From assembly GCA_964202055.1 (NCBI GenBank), contig CAXNGS010000001.1, positions 224,186 through 288,185 of the forward strand: a DNA stretch of 64,000 nt, written 5' to 3'. This stretch comes from Bdellovibrionota bacterium (GTDB taxonomy: Bacteria > Bdellovibrionota > UBA2428). Positions 43,988 through 53,213 of the stretch are shown here, piece by piece (position 1 is the stretch's first letter; the number at the start of each line of letters is the position of its first letter). The notes beneath the pieces were generated by a model. It saw nothing but the letters and a program-made list of their open reading frames with translations, was not told the DNA's origin and ran no database searches. Made by a program: the position numbers and the translations under genes.

Positions 43988-46006
43988 ATGATCGAAATAC
44001 AAGCCAACCGCGAAGAAAAGACCTTTAAAAGAAAATCGCGGCGATCTTCACCCATTCTTAACCAAGATTTTCAGGCTTTGGTTGCCGAAATTTGCAAACT
44101 AGCTCCAGAGTTTGAGCTCATAGATCCCTCTAAAATCGTGGTTTCGGTGTCTCGGTCTAAGAGCTTGGGGAAAACGGGGACCTGGGCCTATGTCACGCCC
44201 CTTAGATACATCGGCGGCGCGAAAAGTCGGCAGGGTGTTCGTCGCGGGGTGCGTGGTGTTTATCAATACTTAAGCGCTGGAATTGAAAAGCATCATCCGG
44301 AAGCGCTTTATCTGATGACTTTTTTAATTCCGCGATTTTTTTATCTCAGTTTTCAAGAGCGAATCGAAACCATTGTGCACGAGATTTATCACATTCATCC
44401 AGAATTTCGCGGAGATCTAAGGCGTTTTGCCAAGCCCCATATTCATCACGGACCGACTCCGGCAGCTTTCCGAGCCCGAGTTCGGGAGATCACTCAGGGT
44501 GTTTTGCAGAGAGCTCCGGAGTTGGCGAATCATCCGTTATTAAATAATAAACAAGATCAATTTATGGAATATCGAAGCCGTCGCTTCTCGATTCCCAGGC
44601 GAATTTTTGTGGGTGAGTCGTTGGTGGATAGGGCTTTCGGCCAGGCCCTTATAAAGCCTCGTGTTAAACCCCAAGCTAAGCGTCCGCAACATCCGCGATT
44701 TTTGGAGCGTTTTTTACGAAGTCTCTTCGTGGCTTCATGGTTATTGGCGGTGGCGCCGGTTCACGCCCAGGATTTTTTAATTGAAGACGACACTCCGCCA
44801 GAAGGCGCACCCTTGCCGCCCGAGCCTGACGTTCAAAGTTCTGAAAAATTAGAAGACGCGCGATTTATGGGTGCTGGCGATCAAAGTATCTCCAGCATTT
44901 TGCCTAAGCGATTTTTAGTGACCGTAAGAGGTATGGAAGAACCGGCCTTGCGCCCGGCGCCGGGTGAAGCATCTCCGGAAATTTTTCCGGTGAAGCCTGA
45001 CGATGTTTTTTTCTTGGCCGGCGACGATCCCTCAAAAGAGTGGGCCTTCTTGCAGACTCGTCGAAAAAGCGGCTGGGTTCGAAAGCGCTACGTTAAACCG
45101 CTGCGACCGCTCCCGGTTCCCGGTGAAAACATGGCGGCGAGAAATTCCGAAAGTCTGAGTGGCTCGACCAATTTTTCGGGAACCTTAATTGATGGTGATG
45201 CGGCCATTGATCCGAGCAAACGCTTTGTGGGGCGCGACGGAGATTTGCAAAACATCGACGGCAGTCATCTGGATGGTCTCAATGCCGGGTTTGATTTGGT
45301 CACGGCATTGGAGCCTGGACAATTTTACATGGAACCCAATCCATTGGCTCAAAAATACGGGTTGATCGAAGCCGGTGATCAAGTCACCTTTTTGAAAAAA
45401 GATTCGTCGGGTAACTGGGCTCGTATTCGTTTGGAAATCACTGGCGAAGAAGGTTGGTATCCGGCCGGTTGGTTACGCACGAATCGATTGTCGGTGTTCA
45501 AAGCGCCCTCGCGATTTGGTCGAGTCGGAATTGATTTTGATGTGGGCTATGGCAACCAAGGCAATAATTTAGGATTTTCGTCGATGCTTGGAATCGACAC
45601 TCGAATTTCAAATTCTGGTTCGACCCGATTTGAACTGGGCGCGGTGGCTTCCTATTGGAGTGGCGAAGCGTTGACCATTGGAACCTCGGCCTTTTCGGTC
45701 AAGTATTTTAACGTTGGCTTTATGCCTCGATATGTTTTGTTTAATGGCGCGGGAAATTTGGCTGGGGCGCTGGAGCTTGGCACGGTTTATCGTTTGCCGA
45801 TCGGCTCCTTGGCTGGGCTCGATGAAGATGTGGTTTCACAAAATGGTTTGGATAATTTGCTGAAAAGTGGTTTCGCCTTAGTTTTTGGTGCTCGCGTTTA
45901 TTACGTGTTTTCAAAGCACGTTCAGGTGCAAATTGGTTTTCGCGGTCACTTGAGTTCCACTCAGCCGACGTATTTTGCGATGTCGGGATTTTCGTTTAAA
46001 TTTTAA
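43988..46006 (+). CDS. chimeric hypothetical protein: HExxH N-domain, internal signal-like helix, SH3-like repeats, C-terminal 8-strand-type beta-barrel
   Basis: IVHEIYHIHPEF (HExxH). FLRSLFVASWLLAVAPVHAQD at about aa 240-262. GWVRKRYV and GWYPAGWLR (bacterial SH3-like). C-terminal alternating strands ending MSGFSFKF. Confidence 0.55.
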   Translation: MIEIQANREEKTFKRKSRRSSPILNQDFQALVAEICKLAPEFELIDPSKIVVSVSRSKSLGKTGTWAYVTPLRYIGGAKSRQGVRRGVRGVYQYLSAGIEKHHPEALYLMTFLIPRFFYLSFQERIETIVHEIYHIHPEFRGDLRRFAKPHIHHGPTPAAFRARVREITQGVLQRAPELANHPLLNNKQDQFMEYRSRRFSIPRRIFVGESLVDRAFGQALIKPRVKPQAKRPQHPRFLERFLRSLFVASWLLAVAPVHAQDFLIEDDTPPEGAPLPPEPDVQSSEKLEDARFMGAGDQSISSILPKRFLVTVRGMEEPALRPAPGEASPEIFPVKPDDVFFLAGDDPSKEWAFLQTRRKSGWVRKRYVKPLRPLPVPGENMAARNSESLSGSTNFSGTLIDGDAAIDPSKRFVGRDGDLQNIDGSHLDGLNAGFDLVTALEPGQFYMEPNPLAQKYGLIEAGDQVTFLKKDSSGNWARIRLEITGEEGWYPAGWLRTNRLSVFKAPSRFGRVGIDFDVGYGNQGNNLGFSSMLGIDTRISNSGSTRFELGAVASYWSGEALTIGTSAFSVKYFNVGFMPRYVLFNGAGNLAGALELGTVYRLPIGSLAGLDEDVVSQNGLDNLLKSGFALVFGARVYYVFSKHVQVQIGFRGHLSSTQPTYFAMSGFSFKF

Positions 46007-46847
46007 AGAGACTGGCGAGCAACGGCCCCAGCATCACCATCAAACACGCTGGTAAAAATAATAAATAAAGTGGGATGAGCATCAGCAGCGACAGTCGAGT
46101 AGCTGCGATTGAGTAGTGGGCTAATAATTTTTTCAGCAAGATTTCGCGCTGGCGCTCTAAAAATTGACCCAATCCCAAGCCTCGTGAATGAGCCAGCCAA
46201 ATTAAATTCCAAGATTTTTGTGCTGATTTTTCTAGGGGGCCGATATTTTTTTTAGCAGTTCTGTTGGGCTCGCTATTTTTTTCTGGATCCAATAAATATT
46301 CGGGGATTTTTTTATTCAAACGCTCACGATTTTCTTGAAGGGCTTGTTGAGGGGTTTTTCCGCTTCGTATTTGGCTTTCAAAATTTGAAATGAATTTAAG
46401 CCAATCGTGGAACCAGGATTCTCGCAGAAAATGTCGGTAAATTTTCCACTGGCTAAGCGCAGCTATAGCGATCATTAGAAATGCCAAACCATCAGTCACT
46501 TGAAAAGGTGCATCGGAAAGCCAGACTCTGAGAATCAAAGCACCTAAAAAAAGAAAGCCACAAATATAACTTTGAGCCACCGCCATCGCGCTGGTTTTTT
46601 GAAAGGCCTCGCTGACTTCGACATCGAGTTCGATGCGCGAAATCAAGCTTTGCAAGGCTTGAGCACCAGATAATTGGCCTTCAAGAATTTGGATTTTGAT
46701 TTCTTGCCACTCACGCGCAAATTCCGCGGGGACTAAAAGTGATCGATCGGGGTTTGCCAGATTCAAAGATTCTTGAAAGGTGAAGCCCGACTGGATCAAC
46801 GACTTGATGACTTCAAATTGATCGATCAAGTTTCGGCGGTAGGGCAT
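45996..46847 (-). CDS. T2SSF-domain platform protein (TadB/TadC/GspF-like, single domain)
   Basis: Sits directly downstream of the ATPase. LIDQFEVIKSLIQSGFTFQESLNLA-type soluble helices plus TM helices (AVAQSYICGFLFLGALIL, LLMLIPLYLLFLPACLMVMLGPLL). Confidence 0.55.
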   Translation of the reverse strand: MPYRRNLIDQFEVIKSLIQSGFTFQESLNLANPDRSLLVPAEFAREWQEIKIQILEGQLSGAQALQSLISRIELDVEVSEAFQKTSAMAVAQSYICGFLFLGALILRVWLSDAPFQVTDGLAFLMIAIAALSQWKIYRHFLRESWFHDWLKFISNFESQIRSGKTPQQALQENRERLNKKIPEYLLDPEKNSEPNRTAKKNIGPLEKSAQKSWNLIWLAHSRGLGLGQFLERQREILLKKLLAHYSIAATRLSLLMLIPLYLLFLPACLMVMLGPLLASLFKI

Positions 46848-46859
46848 TAAAATTCCTTT

Positions 46860-47831
46860 TCAATTAGCTAAAATAGGATCGCAAAAAAATGAGTTCTCTT
46901 TTGTTGGCTGATGCAGTATTTGGCTGACTCGTCGTTGGCCATTTTTTAGCTGAAGCATGATGACCATGTCCCATGAGTTTTCTATCGACTCGATTTCCAT
47001 AGATTTTAGTAGCCGGCGGCGATGACTAAGAGATGGGTTGCTTTCATCGTTAGCCAACGCATTAAATCGAAGAATCGCTTCAGGCGCACTCCCTGCGTGA
47101 ATGGTCGTGGCAAGCCCACGATGGCCAGTGGCCAAGGCTTGATGGATGATCTTGGCTTCACTGCCCCGACATTCACCCAAGATCAATCGTTCGGGTCTCA
47201 TTCGCAAAGACTCGCGCAGCAAATCGGAAAGCCCCCATTTGGCGCCCTCGCGATAAGCGAAACGATCCACTCGAGTTAGTAAACGAGTTGAGAGTTGATT
47301 GGGTACCGGCAACTCTTTGGTGTCTTCTAGCAATATCACCCGACAATTTTCGGGCAACTGTCGCAAAAGCCCAGCTAAAAAACTGCTTTTTCCGGATCCA
47401 GTGGCACCAGCGATCATCAGGGATTGGCCCTCGTTAAAGGCTCTCACCACTTGATCCATCTCGACTTTGGATTCAAAAAAAGATGCCAAATTAAAATTGG
47501 GCACTTGTTGAATTCGGCGCAGACAAATTTCCGGACCCTCTTCAACAAAAGGTTCAATGCAAACATGAGCGCGAAAAAAAACTCCGGGAAAAAACTCACA
47601 AACTGCATCCAAAACCGGAAGGGTCAGCGACAAAGTTTGTGAACTGCTTTCGGCCAGTGCTCGGGCTAGGCTCCAAATTTTTTCGGGCGCACATTCCTGG
47701 CTGGGGTGGGGCCCATGCCACTGCGAATGTTTGTAGAAACAATAAAAATTGGGGCGCAGCAAAAGATCTTCGACCGAGGGATCCAGATAACAATCAAGTA
47801 ATTTTGAATCAGAGATTTTGAATGGATTCAT
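46860..47831 (-). CDS. secretion ATPase, CpaF/TadA/VirB11 (T2SSE) family, short form
   Basis: Walker A IAGATGSGKSSFL. Asp box ILLEDTKEL. Walker B/His box RMRPERLILGECRGSEA...TGHRGLATTIHA. Confidence 0.85.
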   Translation of the reverse strand: MNPFKISDSKLLDCYLDPSVEDLLLRPNFYCFYKHSQWHGPHPSQECAPEKIWSLARALAESSSQTLSLTLPVLDAVCEFFPGVFFRAHVCIEPFVEEGPEICLRRIQQVPNFNLASFFESKVEMDQVVRAFNEGQSLMIAGATGSGKSSFLAGLLRQLPENCRVILLEDTKELPVPNQLSTRLLTRVDRFAYREGAKWGLSDLLRESLRMRPERLILGECRGSEAKIIHQALATGHRGLATTIHAGSAPEAILRFNALANDESNPSLSHRRRLLKSMEIESIENSWDMVIMLQLKNGQRRVSQILHQPTKENSFFCDPILAN

Positions 47832-49095
47832 TTTGCACGTCCAAATCGGGAAGTTGCGCTAAGTCGATCCAGCTTGGACGGATTCCAAACCACAAATCGC
47901 TGTCATTGGTGTTGCGATCTTTGCTGGAAAAAATCCAGCTTATGACTGGCCACTCTAATAATCCGGGAAGACCACTTCTCGATGCCGAGCTTCGACTTTG
48001 AAACATCGAACCCAAAACGGTGGTTTCTTCCATTCGCAAATCAAAACGGCTGCTCAGGAATCTTTTTGTAAGCCCCGGACTTTTCCCGGCACTCAGTCCG
48101 AAGTCGGGTTCGCTCAATTCGGCTTTGAATTCGATCGAGATTTCGGATTCGCCTGGAATCAAATCTTTTTGGGGTGTGATTTCAAGAATGAGCCCGTAAT
48201 TTTTAAAAACCGTCGACAACTCTTTTTCAGTTTTAATTTCTATGGGAAATTCTCCACCACTTTGAAAGCTGACCTTTTCGCCGGGCAAAGTGCGCAAGGT
48301 CGGTTGAGCTAAAACTTTGCCGATTCCCAAATTTTCCGCAAAATCAGCGACCAATCCATTGGCCACTCGATTGCTTTCCAATAATTCTTTATAGGAAATT
48401 TGCTTAGGCCAATTCATACCAAGCTTAAGCGCTCGAGAGCGTGAAACTTCAAATAGTGTCAGTTGAAATTGGACGGTTCGACCCGGGGTCGCTTGGTTTT
48501 CGCGAAATTGTAGCGAGTAAAAGGCCGATAGTGGCCCCAATATTTTTTTGATTCGCGATTGTTGCGAAGAAATACCTTTAATCAAAATTTCTTTTTTGCG
48601 ATCCACCCAACGACTGCGCAAGATTTGAAAACCTTGCTGCAAGAGTAAGGCTTCTTGTTCTTGCCAAAGCGATGATTGCCGCCACCTTGCATTTTCGCCT
48701 ACTAATAAATCATCAAAGCCACATTGGGCGCCTTGACTGTCCCACTCACCTTGTTCGGCAATCCATTCCAATCGACCATCGGTTAAAATTTGTAAATTTA
48801 CATGGGGACATTTGCGCAAAGCTTTAAAGTTTTCGTCAGTGGTGACCACAAATTTTTGGGGATCAACAAGGGTCCACCCTGGGTGGCTGATGCCGCTAGC
48901 AAAAAAACTAGTGTTGGGACTGAGACTTCGAATTTGCACGCTTGATCCATTAGTTGATTGAGAAATCCGGGCTTCAACGTGATCAGGATCGGAAATCCAT
49001 ATTTCCGAGGACTTCAATCCAAAGCTTGCCGGATGCTGCGCGTTTAATATCACCATCGACTTAAATAAAAGCGCTTGAAAGGTGCTGGTGATCAT
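47809..49095 (-). CDS. secretin-domain outer-membrane channel protein (CpaC/RcpA/GspD-like)
   Basis: GKVLAQPTLRTLPGEKVSFQSGGEFPI, NYGLILEITPQ, SGLPGLLEWPVISWIFSS are secretin-domain signatures. The N-terminus lacks a clear signal peptide. Confidence 0.75.
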   Translation of the reverse strand: MITSTFQALLFKSMVILNAQHPASFGLKSSEIWISDPDHVEARISQSTNGSSVQIRSLSPNTSFFASGISHPGWTLVDPQKFVVTTDENFKALRKCPHVNLQILTDGRLEWIAEQGEWDSQGAQCGFDDLLVGENARWRQSSLWQEQEALLLQQGFQILRSRWVDRKKEILIKGISSQQSRIKKILGPLSAFYSLQFRENQATPGRTVQFQLTLFEVSRSRALKLGMNWPKQISYKELLESNRVANGLVADFAENLGIGKVLAQPTLRTLPGEKVSFQSGGEFPIEIKTEKELSTVFKNYGLILEITPQKDLIPGESEISIEFKAELSEPDFGLSAGKSPGLTKRFLSSRFDLRMEETTVLGSMFQSRSSASRSGLPGLLEWPVISWIFSSKDRNTNDSDLWFGIRPSWIDLAQLPDLDVQNESIQNL

Positions 49096-49140
49096 GGGCC
49101 GACCGTCGCAAGAATCGGGCCAATGAGATGATCAATGCTT

Positions 49141-50274
49141 TTAACTAATCGCTTTGCGGAAGGAGAAAACTAATTCGACCTTATTTCCATCGTGGCTGAC
49201 CGAGAAATCCGGTCGCGAGGCTAAGTTTGATAATATGCGCACGTGGCGCGCTGTTTCCACTCGCAAGCCCGTCGAATGATGCATTAAATCTTCGTGGCCC
49301 ACAAAGGGTTCAAGCAAAGCGGCCCATCCTAGCGCCGGATCTAAATTGCTAAGTGCTTTGGGTCGAATGGGTTCCGCCGCTTTGAGTGAGAAAGTTAAAT
49401 AAGCTTCGTTTTCTCTGCCGGCTTCAAGGCGAACGCTTAAAGGCGCGGATGCGCTATTTTTTGAAATGATGTCCATGAAATGGAGAAGGGAAGTGCGGAG
49501 TTGATTTTTCGGCGCATGAATGGCAAACGTTGCGGCTCCCAAATCATCTTCAAAATGGACTTTCTTTTCCAAGCACAATTCTAATATGATTTGATTCAGC
49601 GAAAAAGTTTCCGCGGGCAAAGTCGCAATGGTCTTTTCATCAGCTAGCAAAGATTTTATGTCGTCTTCGAGTGTTTCCATACGCGTTCCAATTTGTCCGA
49701 GAAATTTTTCACGCACCAAAACCAGCGATTCATCGCTGCCGTTGAATTGCTTTAGCGCTTCTAAAATTTGGGGCAGCGTTCGAAATTCGTGAAGCAGAAT
49801 TTGCATCAACCTTTCGCGCGACCAATCCTTGGCGCGTAAGTGATTTAAAGCACGCTCAAGGCTAAATCGTGACTCTTCTAAATTTTTAGAAAGTGCCCAG
49901 CGTTCGCAGCCCTGCTTTAAAGTTTGCAGCAAATCATTGGGCTCCCAAGGTTTAGAAATGTAGCGCCAGATTTGTCCGGCATTAATGGCCTCGATCACCG
50001 CTTCCAAATCAGCAAATCCGGTAAGCAAAATGCGGGTGGGTTTGGGGTCGATCTTGATCACTTCTTCTAAAAATTTTGAGCCCGACATTTCTGGCATTCG
50101 TTGGTCGGACAAAATGCATTCATAGCGCGCGCCTTTTTGGATGCTCTCGAGCGCCGCTACTGGCGTTTCAAAGGCCGTGACCTCAAAGTCTTTGCGCAGA
50201 AGGCGACGCAAGGCGTTTAAGTTGTCGACCTCATCGTCGACGATCAATACTTTTGGAAGGGCTTTGCTTGGCAT
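49141..50274 (-). CDS. response-regulator receiver fused to HisKA-like and degenerate HATPase region
   Basis: REC: VLIVDDE...ILSDQRMPEMSG...YISKPW. H-box-like ILLHEFRTLPQ. I could not find G1/G2 ATP-binding boxes in the C-terminal 150 aa. Confidence 0.75.
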   Translation of the reverse strand: MPSKALPKVLIVDDEVDNLNALRRLLRKDFEVTAFETPVAALESIQKGARYECILSDQRMPEMSGSKFLEEVIKIDPKPTRILLTGFADLEAVIEAINAGQIWRYISKPWEPNDLLQTLKQGCERWALSKNLEESRFSLERALNHLRAKDWSRERLMQILLHEFRTLPQILEALKQFNGSDESLVLVREKFLGQIGTRMETLEDDIKSLLADEKTIATLPAETFSLNQIILELCLEKKVHFEDDLGAATFAIHAPKNQLRTSLLHFMDIISKNSASAPLSVRLEAGRENEAYLTFSLKAAEPIRPKALSNLDPALGWAALLEPFVGHEDLMHHSTGLRVETARHVRILSNLASRPDFSVSHDGNKVELVFSFRKAIS

Positions 50275-50294
50275 CAGTTTAAGACTCTAAACGA

Positions 50295-50741
50295 TTAATA
50301 TCTTTCAAGAAAAAAGTCGTTTAGGATTTCTTTGTGCTTCCAGGCAATGGGATCCGGCAGATTCATTTGGTGAAACAATCCGGTTTCTAACGCTACCCCG
50401 TTGGCTTTGGGGTTACCTCGACCGCGAGCTAAAAAGACCACACGGACCTTGGCGCCGCCTTCTGAGGGTCTTTCATACGAATAAGCGTGGAATTGGCGGA
50501 CTAATTCCACGTCGAGTCCAGTGCTTTCATAAACCCGAGCCAAAGCGGCTTCTTCCAAAACTTCGCCAGGAGCCAAGCTTCCGCCCGGCAGTCTCCAGCA
50601 ATTTTCCGGATCCTTGGTTTTTTGCAGCAAAATCAGTCCCGAGCCCATATCGAGCAAAACATCGACTTGGGTTTCAGTGGTGCCCATTGTTTTAGACGCA
50701 ACATTAGATTCTACAACAGAGTCATTTTGACCTGAATTCAT
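50295..50741 (-). CDS. NUDIX hydrolase
   Basis: Nudix box GGSLAPGEVLEEAALARVYESTGL. Start set at ATG 50741 (GAGGAG upstream). The track's GTG at 50762 would sit 2 nt from the divergent ald start. Confidence 0.75.
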   Translation of the reverse strand: MNSGQNDSVVESNVASKTMGTTETQVDVLLDMGSGLILLQKTKDPENCWRLPGGSLAPGEVLEEAALARVYESTGLDVELVRQFHAYSYERPSEGGAKVRVVFLARGRGNPKANGVALETGLFHQMNLPDPIAWKHKEILNDFFLERY

Positions 50742-50764
50742 ACCGTGATAATCTCCTCGCACTT

Positions 50765-51877
50765 ATGAGAATTGGTGTACCAAAAGAAATAAAAAATTCA
50801 GAGAACAGAGTCGCTATTGTTTTGGCTGGCGTCAAGTCCCTCGTTTTGGCCGGACACGAAGTTCGGGTCCAAGAAAGCGCGGGTTTGGGGTCTGGAATCA
50901 CCGATGACCAGTACCGGAGTGCCGGTGCTAAGATGGTTCCAACCGCAAAAGACGCTTGGGACGCCGACATGGTCATGAAGGTTAAAGAGCCTCAGGCCGA
51001 AGAATTTGGGTTTTTGCGACCCGGCTTAATTCTCTACACTTATTTGCATCTAGCGAACGAACCCGAGCTTGGAAAAGTGCTCGTTAAAAACAAGGTCCGC
51101 TCGATTGCCTATGAAACCATTCAATTACCAAACGGCTCTTTGCCGCTCTTAAAGCCAATGAGTGAAGTGGCTGGTCGATTGGCTCCCCAAGTGGGCGCTA
51201 ATTTGTTGGAAAAACGCAATGGCGGCAGCGGCGTATTGCTGGGGGGCGTGCCCGGTGTGGATCGTGGTCGAGTCACCATCATCGGCGGCGGAGTTTCCGG
51301 TATCAATGCGGCAAAAGTCGCCATTGGATTGGGCGCTCAAGTGACCGTAGTCGAGCGCAGTCCCGAGCGCTTGGCTTATTTAGATGACATTTTTAACACC
51401 GCGGTTAACACGCGGATGAGTGATCCGGTCAGCATCGAAGAAACCGTCGCCGAAGCCGATTTGGTCGTGGGCGCGGTTTTGGTTCCCGGAGCTAAAGCTC
51501 CGCGGCTTGTGACTCGCGAAATGATTAAAAAAATGCGACCAGGTTCGGTCGTAGTCGACATTGCAATCGACCAAGGCGGATGTTTTGAAACCAGCAGGCC
51601 AACAACGCATACAAATTCTTCGTACGTCGAAGAAGGCGTGATTCATTATTGCGTGACGAACATGCCGGGCGTTGTTTCTCGAACTTCGACATTCGCGCTG
51701 ACTAATTCGACTTTGATTTACGGACTGATGATCGCCAATGATTTGGTGGGTTCACTCAAATCAAATCCAGCATTGGCATTGGGTGTGAACACTTGGGATG
51801 GACATTGCGTTTATCAACCAGTGGCTCAGGATTTGAAGTTTGATTACGTGCCTCTCGATAAAGTGCTCACAAAATAA
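50765..51877 (+). CDS. ald: alanine dehydrogenase
   Basis: MRIGVPKEIKNSENRVA N-terminus. NAD site IIGGGVSGINAAKVAIGLGA. 370 aa. Confidence 0.92.
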   Translation: MRIGVPKEIKNSENRVAIVLAGVKSLVLAGHEVRVQESAGLGSGITDDQYRSAGAKMVPTAKDAWDADMVMKVKEPQAEEFGFLRPGLILYTYLHLANEPELGKVLVKNKVRSIAYETIQLPNGSLPLLKPMSEVAGRLAPQVGANLLEKRNGGSGVLLGGVPGVDRGRVTIIGGGVSGINAAKVAIGLGAQVTVVERSPERLAYLDDIFNTAVNTRMSDPVSIEETVAEADLVVGAVLVPGAKAPRLVTREMIKKMRPGSVVVDIAIDQGGCFETSRPTTHTNSSYVEEGVIHYCVTNMPGVVSRTSTFALTNSTLIYGLMIANDLVGSLKSNPALALGVNTWDGHCVYQPVAQDLKFDYVPLDKVLTK

Positions 51878-51912
51878 CGGCGATTAAAATTAGACCGTTG
51901 CGGAGGTGAGCT

Positions 51913-52644
51913 TTGGCTCGACTGTTGATTTGCATCCCGACCTACAACGAAGCTGACAATGTCAGACCTTTGGCTGAAGCCGTTTTTGCTAACACCAGTG
52001 AAAATGTAGAAATTCTTTTCATCGATGACGGCAGCCCCGACGGAACTGGAAAATTACTCGACGTGATGACCATGGAAAACCATCGAATCCATGTGATTCA
52101 TCGCAAGGGAAAATTGGGCTTGGCCACTGCTTATATCCAGGGTTTTCAGTGGGGCATGGCTCGTGGCTATGACTGGATAGCGGAAATGGATTGTGATTTT
52201 TCTCACGACCCCAAGCATCTGATAGAAGTCGAAAAATTAATCAAGGCTGATCAATATGATGTGCTTTGTGGAAGCCGGTACGTACCCGGTGGCGGAGTTT
52301 CGAATTGGTCCCGGCGACGCTTGCTTTTGTCTAAGTCAGGCTCGGTTTATTCACGCATGATTTTGGGTTTCCCGCTTCATGATTGGACTGGCGGCTTTAA
52401 TTTTTGGCGAGTCAAAACCTTGGAGCCACTGAAAATCGCTACTGTGAAAAGCAAAGGTTATGCCTTTCAGATTGAATTGAAGTATCGGGCTTTGATACAG
52501 ACCTTGCGGGTTTTTGAATTTCCCATTGTTTTCCAAGAACGCAGAGCCGGAGTCTCCAAGATGAGCGGCTCGATCGTTAAGGAGGCCGTGATCGGGGTTC
52601 TGAACTTGCGGTTAGCTCAACGTGCTGGCAAACTATTTGAGTGA
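51913..52644 (+). CDS. GT2 polyprenol-monophosphate mannose/glycosyl synthase (Dpm1-like)
   Basis: ICIPTYNEADNV, FIDDGSPDGT, EMDCDFSHDP. TTG start. Confidence 0.85.
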   Translation: MARLLICIPTYNEADNVRPLAEAVFANTSENVEILFIDDGSPDGTGKLLDVMTMENHRIHVIHRKGKLGLATAYIQGFQWGMARGYDWIAEMDCDFSHDPKHLIEVEKLIKADQYDVLCGSRYVPGGGVSNWSRRRLLLSKSGSVYSRMILGFPLHDWTGGFNFWRVKTLEPLKIATVKSKGYAFQIELKYRALIQTLRVFEFPIVFQERRAGVSKMSGSIVKEAVIGVLNLRLAQRAGKLFE

Positions 52645-53138
52645 AGATTTATCTTTGGATCTTGGCCGCACTTTTTGTTTTCGAAAGACTTTTCCTCGGA
52701 CGAATACTTGATTCCCTAAGTGGCGCCAATCCTTCAGTCATTTTTCAAAGTATCCCCTATATTTTTGAAGCGTTGTTGGTGGCAGCTTTCATTGGTCTGC
52801 ATCGAAAAAAATTACATTTTCGATGGAGGCTTGATTGGCAGTGGGCTTTTTTTGCCTCTCTTAATTTAATTTGCGGAGCCGCCATTTTTCTCTTGGGTGA
52901 AAAAATGGGGATGATGATTCCCTTTGATTTTGAGTCCGGTTTATTTGCGCTGCTGCTGATTGTGATCGCGCCGATTCTAGAAGAGTTCTTGTTTCGCGGA
53001 ATTTTGTGGGAGGTTTCACGCTCACTTTTTCATTCGGTGTTTTTGACACTCTTCACAACTTCTATTCTTTTTTCGCTGGATCATTTTTCAGCCTACTTCG
53101 GTGTTAAGGCGATTTTTCAAACTTTTGTTTTGTATTAA
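52641..53138 (+). CDS. CPBP (CAAX/Abi) intramembrane glutamic protease, truncated by an in-frame TAA
   Basis: Motif 1 APILEEFLFRGILW and motif 2 LFSLDHF are present. Motif 3 (HMFFN) lies after the TAA at 53136-53138, in the same reading frame. Confidence 0.7.
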   Translation: MKIYLWILAALFVFERLFLGRILDSLSGANPSVIFQSIPYIFEALLVAAFIGLHRKKLHFRWRLDWQWAFFASLNLICGAAIFLLGEKMGMMIPFDFESGLFALLLIVIAPILEEFLFRGILWEVSRSLFHSVFLTLFTTSILFSLDHFSAYFGVKAIFQTFVLY

Positions 53139-53213
53139 ACTTTTTACACATTAGTATTTGGACTGATTTGGGGATACGCCCGCTTAAAGCAAAACAGTAT
53201 TTTTTCGGCGGTT

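Noticed and set aside
50742-50762. GTG start for the NUDIX gene, 2 nt from the divergent ald ATG.
   Set aside because: It would leave no promoter or RBS space. The ATG at 50741 with an upstream GAGGAG is more plausible, though this is not certain.
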